Source of the DNA: Eledone cirrhosa
Taxonomy: Eukaryota
NCBI GenBank assembly: GCA_964016885.1
Contig: OZ024750.1
Location: forward strand, 16,306,001 to 16,370,000
DNA: 64,000 bases
Direction of reading: 5' to 3'
A program made the translations under genes and the position numbers. Below are positions 52,883 to 64,000 of the stretch, in pieces. The notes beneath the pieces are model-generated. The model did not search any database. It saw only the letters and a list, made by a program, of their open reading frames with translations, and was not told the DNA's origin. The stretch's first letter is position 1; every line of letters starts with the position of its first letter.

Positions 52883-53268
52883 TAATTGTTTCTACTTTTG
52901 GCACAAGGCCAGCAATTATCCCAGTGTATTACTGGTACTTTATTTTATCGACCCCGTAACGATGAAAGGCAAAGTTAACCTCGGCGGGATTTGAACTCAG
53001 ATCATAAAGGGCCGTAACTCTATGCTGCAAAGCATGGTGTCCGACGCTCTACCCATACTGCCAATCCACCGCCCTTTAAATAACTATAATAATTGTTTCT
53101 ACTTTAGGCACAAGGCCAGCAATTACCCAGTGCATTACTGGTACTTTATTTTATCGACCCCGTAAGGATGAAAGGCAAAGTCAACCTCGGCGGGATTTGA
53201 ACTCAGATCGTAAAGGGACGTAACTATGCTAGAAAGCATGGCGTCCGACCCTCTACCGATACTGCCAA
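52883..53268 (-). mobile_element. Two head-to-tail SINE family 1 copies (52883-53075, 53088-53268)
   Basis: Both have the full consensus; aaataactata precedes each. Confidence 0.85.
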
Positions 53269-53499
53269 CAGTCTATCACGGTGCCCAGTTTTTTCCGTCT
53301 CCAGGGGTACTTACCCAATTTTTTCAACTATTATTCATAATGATCAACTCTTATTATAGTTATTTGAGTTGGGACCACTACATTTCACATTATTATTAAT
53401 TTATACATAGTTAACATCTGTTTTTCAGTTTCACTTTTCATCCTTCATTAGCCAGATAAGTTATCAGCTCTTTGTCTCCTTCTTTGTAACAACTTGTAA

Positions 53500-54255
53500 C
53501 TTGTGGTAGTAGTAATGGTGGAGATAGTTGTGATGGTGGGTGTGGTTGTGATGGTGGTATTGATGGTGGGGGATAGTTGTGATGGTGCTTGTGATGGTGG
53601 TAGTGATGGTGGTAGTGATGGTGGTAGTGATGGTGGTAGTGATGGTGGGGGTGGTCGGTGGTTGTGATGATGGCTGTGATGGTGGTAGTGATGGTGGTGG
53701 TTGAGATGGTGGTTGTGATGGTGGGGATAGTTGTGATGGTAGTTGTGATGGTAGTTGTGATGGTGGTATTGATGGTGGGGGATAGTTGTGATGGTGGGGA
53801 TAGTTGTGATGGTGGTTGTGATGGTGGTTGTGATGGTAGTTGTGATGGTGGTATTGATGGTGGGGGATAGTTGTGATGGTGGTTGTGATGGTGGTAGTAA
53901 TGGTGGTAGTGATGGTGGTAGTGATGGTGGTAGTGATGGTGGTAGTGATGGTGGTAGTGTTGATGGTGATTGTGATGGTGGTTGGTGGTCGGTGGTTGTA
54001 GTATTGCTGGTAGTGGTGTTGGTGGAGGAATTTGAAGAACGAACACCTCATTCACGGTTCCATATCAATAAATCTATACCCCCCCCCCATCTCTCTCGCT
54101 CTTTCACCTCTCTCTCCATCTCTCTTTTACTCCCCAACTCTCTCTCACTCTCTCTTTTACTCCCCATCTCTCTCTCTCTCTCTCCCTCTCTCTTTTACTC
54201 CCCATCTCTCTCTCTCTCTCCATCTCTCTTTTACTCTCCATCTCTCTCTCATTTC

Positions 54256-54296
<41 letters not shown>

Positions 54297-55480
54297 ACTC
54301 TCTCACTCTTCCACCTCTCTTTCTCTCTTTTACTCCCCATATCTCTCTCTCCCTCTCTCTCTACCACCTCTCTCTCTCTCTCTCTCTACCACCTCTCTCT
54401 CTCTCTACCACCTCTCTCTCTCTCTCTACCACCTCTCTCTCTCTCTCTCTCTACCACCTCTCTCTCTTTCTCCCACCTCATCGCCGCCATCTTAACCACA
54501 CGTTTACCTCCCCATCGCCGCCATCATCACTACCCCTTCACGTTCCGCCAAACCCAAACCATTCTCTCTTTCTTCAAACGTATTTATTTTTCTCCCGTCT
54601 TCAATAAATTCTAACAAACTAATTCTTAATGACATTCTCCTCCTCCTCCTCCTCCTCCTCCTCCTCCTCCTCCTCCTCCTCCTCCTCCATATCCTTCTTC
54701 TTCTTCTTCTTCATCATCATCACCATCACTATCATCCTCCTTCTTCTTCGGCGTGGTCGTCGTCAGCTTCTTCACCACCACCACCACCACCATCATCACC
54801 ATCATCCCCACCATCACCACCACCGCCATCATCATCATCATCATCCCAATCACCATCATCATCCCCACCATCATCACCCCCCACCACCATCATCATCCCC
54901 ATCACCATCACCGCCATCATCCCAATCCCCCACCACCCCCACCGCCTCCACCATCATCATCCCACCACCATCATCCCCACCACCATCATCATCCCCATCA
55001 CCATCCCTACCACCATCCCCACCATCATCCCTACCTTCACCACCATCATCCCCACCACCACAACCATCATCATCCCCACCATCACCATCCCCACCACCAC
55101 CACCATCCCCACCACCACCACCACCATCCCCACCCCCACCACCATCCCCACCACCACAACCATCATCATCCCCACCAATCACCCCCCCCCCCCCCATCAC
55201 CCCCACCCCCACCACCATCCCCACCCCCACCACCATCATCAGTAGCAGCAACAGTAGTAACATCGTTAGCAAATTTAATTCCATTTTCCTTAAACGTTTG
55301 TCTATTTTCTTTACCCAACTTTCCACCATTGTTTCATTGTTGGTACTGCACCTCCCTCACCTTTCCCACCCCCCTTTCTCTGTCTCACTCCTCCCACCCC
55401 TCTCTCTCTCTCTCTCTCCACTCTTTCCCTCTCTCTCTCTCCCCACCCTTCTCTTCTATTCCCTCTCTTATCATTCCTTC
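53500..55480. repeat. Block of (TGA/TGG)n, (CT)n, (TCC)n and (CCA/TCA)n low-complexity repeats
   Basis: Direct inspection. Confidence 0.9.
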
Positions 55481-55519
55481 ACACTCTTATAACACTATAT
55501 ATATATATATATATAATGT

Positions 55520-55586
<67 letters not shown>

Positions 55587-55665
55587 CATATATTCAACTT
55601 TTCAAATACAAGTCGATGTTGTTACGGTATGTCAAATCTATTTATCTATAAAACTGTTTATATTG

Positions 55666-55731
55666 TATTTTGTCTGAGGAAGGCATAGCATATTGTTAAT
55701 ATGATATCCCTGAAATATATATAATGAAATA
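55666..55731 (+). ncRNA. Minimal type-I hammerhead ribozyme, family A (diverged)
   Basis: TATTTTGT-CTGAGGA-AGGcATAgCATATT gtt AATATGaTATcCCT-GAAA-TATATA-TA-ATGAAATA; element about 55625-55775. Confidence 0.7.
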
Positions 55732-55897
55732 AATATGGTTTTATAAATATAGTTTCCATTTATTTAATATTGTATATATACATATATATATATACATATA
55801 CATATATACATATACATATATATATATACATATATATACACATATATATATACATATATATATAAATACATATATATATAAATACATATATATACAT

Positions 55898-56083
55898 GTG
55901 GATTGGCAGTATCGGTAGTGGGTCGGACGCCATGCTTTGACGCATTGAGTTACGGCCCTTGCCATTCTGAGTTCAAATCCCGCCGAGGTTAACTTTGCCT
56001 TTCATCCTTACGGGGTCGATAAAATAAAGTACCAGTAATACACTGGTTAATTGCTGGTCTTGTGCCAAAAGTAGAAACAATTA
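55898..56083 (+). mobile_element. SINE family 1
   Basis: Full consensus. Confidence 0.85.
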
Positions 56084-56158
56084 TATATACATATATATAT
56101 ATATATATATAAATGAAAAGTATAGAGATATTGTAGCAAGAAGCCAACAGTATTCCAT

Positions 56159-56185
<27 letters not shown>

Positions 56186-56189
<4 letters not shown>

Positions 56190-56411
56190 GAGGTGAGTTT
56201 TATTGTAGTACAATAAAGCAATGCAGATATCGGATAAGAAGCACTCTACAGTTGTTGATTTAAAACTGCACTATCCACAAGTGTTTTTTAGCCTTCATAT
56301 CATGTTCTCCTGTTTTATCTGATGAAAACACAAATATTATTGCATGATGATGTTTGTTTTTGAAATGCGCATAATAAAATACATGGAACTCCTTTAACCA
56401 TCTTTTGATCT

Positions 56412-56415
<4 letters not shown>
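56186..56415. mobile_element. Family B element with internal inversion
   Basis: 56186-56253 matches 19278-19345 in the same orientation; 56253-56415 is the reverse complement of about 19368-19530; (TA)n on both sides. Confidence 0.85.
56311..56381 (+). ncRNA. Minimal type-I hammerhead ribozyme, family B
   Basis: CTGATGA 56319, GAAA 56362, stem III ATGCGCAT, AUA triplet ending at 56373, stem I TGTTTTAT/ATAAAATA. Confidence 0.8.
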
Positions 56416-56470
<55 letters not shown>

Positions 56471-56539
56471 TCATTTCTCTGACTATTTCGTTCAATTTAT
56501 TGTTAGTTTCCTCATTTTGGATTCATTGGGGACCCCGTG

Positions 56540-56655
56540 TCTCTTCCCACCATTTCTCTCTTTCCTTTTATCTCTCTTCCCTTCCCACACCCTCTCTCTT
56601 TATCCTTCTTTCTCTCTCTCTCTCTCTTATTCTTCTTCTCTCTCTCTCTTTATCC

Positions 56656-56687
<32 letters not shown>

Positions 56688-56713
56688 TATTCTTCTTCTC
56701 TCTCTTTTTATCC

Positions 56714-56755
<42 letters not shown>

Positions 56756-57215
56756 ATCCTTCCTTCTCTCTCTCTCTTATTCTTCTTCTCTTTCTCTCTT
56801 TTTATCCGCTCTCTCTTTATCATTCCCTCTCTCTCTTTCTCTCTCTTTCTTTCTATCCTTTACACTATCTTCTTCCCCTCTCTCCCTCCTTCACATCTTC
56901 TCTCTCCTTCTCTTCCTCTCTCCTTCTCATTCTCTTCTCCTCACCCTCCCTTCTACACATCTCCCTCTCTTCTTCTCACTTCACACCCTTTTCTCCTTTT
57001 CCCCCCTCTCTCTCTCTTCCTCTCCATCTCCTCACCTCACTCACCCCCTCTCTTCTCACCTCTCTCATCTTTCTCCCCCTCGCCCTCGCCTCTCCTCACC
57101 TCACTCCCCTTTCTCATCCTCTCCATCTCTTCTTCTCACCCCACTCACTTTTCTCTTCCTCTCCCTCTCCTCGCTCACCTTTCTCACGCCCCCGACCCCT
57201 TCTTCACACTCCTAT
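56540..57215. repeat. Polypyrimidine/(CT)n low-complexity tract
   Basis: Direct inspection. Confidence 0.95.
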
Positions 57216-57580
57216 AACACTAATATTTATTTTGTATTCATTTTCCTTCGTACTCCGTTTCCTCTGCATATTTTGTTTCCGTAATCAATAAAGATTTACT
57301 GTTAGCTGATGCTGAACTGTTGAAATGCTGAGATGTGCTGCTGTCATCTTCTCAGACAGATCAAAGATATTGCCTCTCCTTTTTCACTAATTGAAAAACA
57401 TACAATACCTACAAAAGTTAGAATCACAACGAAAACACTACCAGCTTCTACCTGCTCGAGTCGACACGCTAGAAATAATGCCTAAAATCTCGTTCAACGC
57501 GAACACTACCATCTTAAACGATTGTGAAGCGAATTTCTTAGTCATCCAGTCATGTTGCATCCACAAGTAAGTGGTAGGGT

Positions 57581-57747
57581 CAGTCCCGGATTTAGGACAA
57601 ATAAAGCCCCATGTTAGTTAAGTTATGAGGCCCCTTACTTGGACTCTGAAGGACGTAAAAAAACATTTTTGGCAGGAAGATGGGCCCCACTGACCAACGG
57701 CGCACTGTGCTTAAGCACACCTAAGCACAATGGTAAATCCGGCACTG
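57581..57747. mobile_element. hAT-type MITE
   Basis: TIRs CAGTCCCGGATTTA / TAAATCCGGCACTG and a perfect 8-bp TSD GGTAGGGT. Confidence 0.85.
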
Positions 57748-57824
57748 GGTAGGGTTACGTAAGATACGGGTAAGTTCATAATGGCCAGGCTTAGCAACAA
57801 TTTGGATCGGTGTGCTTCCATAGC

Positions 57825-57985
57825 TTGTTATTGTAAACCTACAAGATTATGACCAGCACAGCAACACGTTGGTTTGTATCTCTCTCAATACCTTGTTATT
57901 GTAAACCTACAAGATTATGAGCAGCGCAGCAACACGTTGGTTTGTATCTCTTTCAATGCCTTGTTATTGTAAACTTATGAGATCA
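57825..57985. repeat. 68-bp tandem repeat (about 2.3 copies)
   Basis: ttgttattgtaaac at 57825, 57893 and 57961; related inverted sequence near 58295-58355. Confidence 0.85.
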
Positions 57986-58146
57986 TTGTCATATGTCGCT
58001 CAATCGCTTTTTGTTTTTGCTTTTACTTTTCCGGTTGGAAGCGAAACTTTTCAACAGTTTCATACTTGATGGTCTTACTTTCAGAAAGATTATGGTTGAT
58101 GTGTTGATGAATCAGAAACGGTGAGCTGATAAGGTTACAATAACAC

Positions 58147-58205
<59 letters not shown>

Positions 58206-58561
58206 CACAGAACAAACCAAGTGTTTCCTGTACGTGACCTTGAAACAAGAAGACACTAAGAGAGGAAAAACCAAAGATTTGCTGTGCATGGACATAATCT
58301 CATAAGGTTATAATAACAAGCCACACGGAGAGAGACCAAACAAAACACTTGCTGTGTATGGCCGTATGTAACCTTAACGTTGTTCCCATGGAAATTCAGC
58401 GTGTGTGGCCTTTGAATTACAGGTACAAATTATTTTTGGTAGCAGAGTGGGCTGGAGCAATGTGTAATAAAGTATCTAACTCATTGACCTTAAAATCATG
58501 AACTGTACACTTTAACCACTAAGCCACGTGGATTGGTGATCACACATCATTATTGCTTTTA

Positions 58562-59286
58562 TGGTGGTTTGGCAGTATCAATAGAGCGTCAGACACTATG
58601 CTTTGCAGCATAAAGTTATGGCCCTTTGCGTTCTGAGTTCAAATCCGCCGAGGTTAATTTTGCCTTTCATCCTTACGGGGTCGATAAAATAAAGTACCAG
58701 TAATGCACTGGGGTAATCGCTGGCCTTGTGCCAAAAGTAGAAACTTTATATGGCAGTGGATTGGCAGTATCGGTAGAGGGTCGGACGCCATGCTTTGTGG
58801 CCCTTTATGATCTGAGTTAAAATCCCGCTGGGGTTAACTTTGCCTTTCATCCTTACGGTGTTGATAAAATAAAGTACCAGTCACGCACTGGGGTTGATTT
58901 AATCGACTTTCGCCTACCCCAAAATTGCTGGCCTTGTGTCTATATAATAAACCATTATTGCTTTTATGAAATTACTAATTGAATAGTCAAATACTAATCG
59001 AGAGTTATTACAACTATATTGCTTTGATTTGACAAATACCAATGTTTGTTTTATCTATTGCTATATTGTGATATTATTCGATATTATTATCAGGGCGGTG
59101 AATTGGCAGTATCGGTAGAGGGCCGTACTCCATGCTTTGCAGCATAGAGTTACGATCCTTTACGGTCTGAGTTCAAATTCCGCCAAGGTTAACTTTGCCT
59201 TTCATCCTTACGGGATCGATAAAATAAAGTACCAGTAATGCACTGGGATAATTGCTGGCCTTATTGCCAAAAGTAGAAACAATTAT
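58562..59286 (+). mobile_element. Cluster of three SINE family 1 copies (58562-58744, 58752-58955 long form, 59093-59286)
   Basis: Each has A and B boxes, core and tail. Confidence 0.85.
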
Positions 59287-59354
59287 TTGTATTAACTCTT
59301 CCCATGTTGCTATTTGTATTATCTGTTGATATCTTGTTACACTATTTTGTAAAA

Positions 59355-59722
59355 CTGTTATGTTACTATGTTGCTATGTTGTTATGTTACTATGTTGCTA
59401 TGTAGCTATGTTGCTATGTTGCTATGTTGCTATGTAGCTATGTTGCTATGTTGCTATGTTTTTATGTAGCTATGTAACTATGTTGTTATGTAGCTATGTA
59501 ACTATGTTGTTATGTTGCTATGTTGTTATGTTGCTATGTTGCTATGCTATTATGTTGCTTTGTTGCTATGTGGCTATGTGACTATACTACTTGTATTACC
59601 TGTTGCTATGCTATTATGTAGCTATGTGGCTATGTGGCTATGTGGCTGTACTACTTATATTACCTGTTGCTATGTTATTATATGGCTATATTGTTTGTAT
59701 TATCTGTTGCTATGTGGCTATG
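59355..59722. repeat. 8-bp repeat (ATGTTGCT)n, decaying
   Basis: Direct inspection. Confidence 0.9.
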
Positions 59723-60139
59723 TATCAATATCATGAATATAGGATGAAGGCACATTGCTTAGTGATTGTTCGGCTTACGAAGTAATTTCAGGCGCCATAT
59801 TGTTTCCTTGAGCTAGACTCTACTTCACGTTGGTCCAATCCACTTAGCTAGCAAAAATGAACTTTTCCTATAATCCAAAGAGGCAGCCAAGACATACACT
59901 GTGTCACGTTGAACCTCCGGGAGATCTACATTAAGGGCCCATAGTCTGTGAAATGTTCAGCCATCTGAACTTTAATTTTACGAGCAGTCCATATCGTTGA
60001 CAACTAAGCTAAAAGATTCTTTTTTTTTTCACAAAAAAGGGTTTTAATATTCTAATAAAAAAACTGGTTATATTTATTGGACATTTGCTTTAAGTCTTTC
60101 TATCTCTCTCTCCCTCTACACACACACACACACACACAT

Positions 60140-60172
<33 letters not shown>

Positions 60173-60194
60173 CATATATACATACACACACATG

Positions 60195-60225
<31 letters not shown>

Positions 60226-60243
60226 GTGTATATATATAGAGAG

Positions 60244-60333
60244 AGAGTGGGAGAGGGTAATGGGCTCTAAGCCTAGGGTGGGGTGTGTGTGTATATATAT
60301 ACACACATATATATATATATATATATACGTATG

Positions 60334-60380
<47 letters not shown>

Positions 60381-60425
60381 GTGCATATATATATATATAC
60401 AAATATATATATATATGTATATGTG

Positions 60426-60508
<83 letters not shown>

Positions 60509-60582
60509 ATATATATATATATATGTACATGTACATATATATATATATATACATTCATATATATATACACATGTATATATAA

Positions 60583-60617
<35 letters not shown>

Positions 60618-60926
60618 TATATATATACATATATATATACATGTACACATATATATACATATATATACACATGTACACATATATATACACATATATATAC
60701 ACATATATATATATATACATATATATATACATACATATATATATATATATACATATATATACACATATACATATATATATATATACATATATATATACAC
60801 ACATACATATATATACATATATATATATATGCACATATACATATATATATATATACATATATATACACACATACATATATATACATATATATATATATGC
60901 ACATATACATATATATATACATGCAC

Positions 60927-60991
<65 letters not shown>

Positions 60992-61058
60992 GTATATATA
61001 TATATATACACACACACACACCACCCTAGGCTCAGAGCCCATTACCCTCTCCCACTCT
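60244..61058. repeat. About 40-bp inverted repeats enclosing about 730 bp of (TA)/(CA)/(TG) microsatellite
   Basis: agagtgggagagggtaatgggctctaagcctagggtgg / ccaccctaggctcagagcccattaccctctcccactct. Confidence 0.85.
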
Positions 61059-61370
61059 TTCGCCTGTTTTTCTGTAGCCCTAGAATCTCTGCCTTTTCCC
61101 TCCTTTTCCTCTCATTTATAGCATTTATAGTCCTTTCCTCTATTTTCCCATACAGCCAGATTTGCTCTTCTTTACCCCTTCCTCCTTTTTCTAATTACTT
61201 AATTCTGCTTTATCCTTTCTTTTTCATATTTATGTAATCATCAATGGTTTTTAAGCCAACTTTGTGAATAAAATTTGTTATATGTATTTTATAGTAAAAG
61301 AAAAGTCTATAAAAATTATTGTGTTTGCTAAATAGGGTAAAATGAGGAGACAATGGACACAGTCTAATGA

Positions 61371-61414
<44 letters not shown>

Positions 61415-61630
61415 TCTCCCTCTCTCTCTCTCTATCACTTTCTTTTTCTCTTCCCCCCTCTCTCTCTCTCTCTCTCCCTCTCTCTCTGCTACTTTCTCTC
61501 TCTCTGTCTGTCTCTACCTCACTCTCTACCACTTTTTTCACTCTCTCTCTCTCCCTCTCTCTGACATTTTCTCTCTCACTTTCTCTCTCTCTCTCTCCCT
61601 CTATCTCTCTCTCTCTATCTCTCTACCACT

Positions 61631-61662
<32 letters not shown>

Positions 61663-61929
61663 ACCACTTTCTCTTTCTCTCTCTCTCTATCTCTCTCTCT
61701 CTCTCTACCACTTTCTCTCTTTCACACACACAACCACACACACACAACCAAACACACAACCACACACACACAACCAAAAACACAACCACACACAGTCTCT
61801 CTCTCACATACGGGAACTATTCAAATATTTGCCAACGTCAAAATGTTCTTCGCTAGATTGGAAATGTTTGTATTTTCCAAGCCAATGAAACGTATCAGCA
61901 CATTTCCTACATAACTAGCTATTTCGACC

Positions 61930-61947
61930 AACACACATACACACACA

Positions 61948-61978
<31 letters not shown>

Positions 61979-62010
61979 CACGCTACACACATACGCAGAC
62001 ACACACCACG

Positions 62011-62055
<45 letters not shown>

Positions 62056-62450
62056 CGCACACACATACACACACACCACGCTACACTCACACACATACCA
62101 CGCTACACACACACACACACCACGCTACACACATACACAGACACACACACCACGCTACACACACACACACACCACGCTACACACATACACAGACACACAC
62201 ACCACGCTACACACACACACACGCACACACACACACACACACCACGCTACACACACACACATACCACGCTACACACACACACACACCACACTACACACAC
62301 ACAGACACACACACCACGCTACACACACACACAGACACACACACCACGCTACACACGCACAGACACACACCACGCTACACACACACACACACACACACCC
62401 ACACACCACGCTACACACAAGCACACACACAACGCTACACACAAATACAA
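61930..62450. repeat. (CA)n-based minisatellite with recurring ccacgctac motif
   Basis: Direct inspection. Confidence 0.9.
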
Positions 62451-62578
62451 GCATGCATATTTATATATATAGACATACATACATGAGGGTTGCAACTCGA
62501 TTTCGAGTAATGTCAAAGCTTGAAACGGACGTGGCTTTTTAGTCCTGCCAGGGACTTTTCCTACCAACACACGCTCTC

Positions 62579-62675
<97 letters not shown>

Positions 62676-63102
62676 ACGCTACACACAAGCACGCGCACAC
62701 ACATAGACGCATGCATACTTATATACATACGTACATATATATATATTAACTGCAACTCGATTTCAAGTAATGTCATAGCTTCATACTTAAGTATGAGCAT
62801 CACGGACATAGCTTTTTCGTCATGCCAGGGGCTTGCCTAGGGCAAGCCATGCCAAGCATCGCAAAAAAAATGTCACATATCAAGCGATGCCTGTACCTGA
62901 AGCTTTTTTAAGTGAGTAAAGGCTTTGAACGGGTCGAAGATCACTCTCTGAATATCGAATACATTTACCCAAAAAGTAGAACTGGTCAACATCATTGGAT
63001 ACAAAGAAGTCGCAGGATTTTTATGTGAGTGACTTTCTCCAAAGGAGATGTCTTAATAAAGACTAGGAGCCTCTCGCTCCACGAAAAGTACATACATATA
63101 TG

Positions 63103-63147
<45 letters not shown>

Positions 63148-63148
<1 letters not shown>

Positions 63149-63333
63149 ACAAAGGAATTGTGGTAAGGAACCAGATGGACCATAACGCACCAGAGTACTC
63201 AATACTTAGGGTAGTAGAGTGGGTAATAGGAAAAAGTATGACCCCAACGGCGTATGAGCCTTTTCGACGGCTATTTCTGGACTAGTCCAGAAATAGCCGT
63301 CGAAACGGCTTGAGCTCTGCCGTCGGGGTCATA

Positions 63334-63338
<5 letters not shown>
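63148..63338. mobile_element. Family I fold-back element, axis 63283/63284
   Basis: Perfect core palindrome 63262-63305; right arm GAAA-CGGC ttgagctct GCCG-TC-GGGGTC; (TA)n on both sides. Confidence 0.8.
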
Positions 63339-63417
<79 letters not shown>

Positions 63418-63478
63418 GTAAACAGAAATAACAACACAGTACAGTATATGGAAGGAATATATAGGGAATATATTGGGT

Positions 63479-63505
63479 TAACGTTTCGGACGTTTCCTTC
63501 ATCAG
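63479..63505 (-). ncRNA. Penelope-type hammerhead core, stem I not evident
   Basis: CTGATGA-aGGA aacg TCC-GAAA-CGTTA within a 120-bp island between (TG)n and (TA)n. Confidence 0.55.
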
Positions 63506-63533
63506 AAGAAAGAATGAGAAATTAGAAAGAATG

Positions 63534-63658
<125 letters not shown>

Positions 63659-63700
63659 AATATATATATATATGTATGTATATATATATATATATGTATG

Positions 63701-63780
<80 letters not shown>

Positions 63781-63823
63781 ATATATGAATATATATATGT
63801 ATGTATATATATATATTCATATA

Positions 63824-63856
<33 letters not shown>

Positions 63857-63900
63857 GAATATATATGTATGTATATGTATATATATATATATATGAATAT

Positions 63901-63932
<32 letters not shown>

Positions 63933-64000
63933 GAATATATATATGTATATATATCCCCACCACCACCCCACTCTCAAGAGCGTGAAACTAATAAACCTTT

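Overview
This is eukaryotic, very AT-rich, repeat-saturated intergenic or intronic DNA. The SINE and RTE repertoire looks octopus/cephalopod-like to me (inference, not searched). I found no host protein-coding exon, and nearly all ORFs in the supplied track are translations of microsatellites. Recognisable content: about 18 copies of a tRNA-derived SINE with a Deu/Nin-like core, a second tRNA-SINE, RTE-derived non-autonomous elements, decayed LINE fragments (RTE, CRE, R4/Dong-like RT), a Helitron, hAT/TcMar/piggyBac MITEs and many micro- and minisatellites. The most striking unexplained structure is a set of short elements in or beside (TA)n tracts that form long fold-back inverted repeats. 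At least six sequence families of these carry a minimal type-I hammerhead ribozyme fold (stem I-CUGANGA-stem II-GAAA-short, mostly palindromic stem III-UH-stem I): 14 copies with a canonical core, plus variant and half copies. In several, the fold-back axis falls on a ribozyme helix. They look like non-autonomous Penelope-like pLTR or retrozyme-type elements that target TA microsatellites. All folds were done by eye and coordinates are hand-counted.
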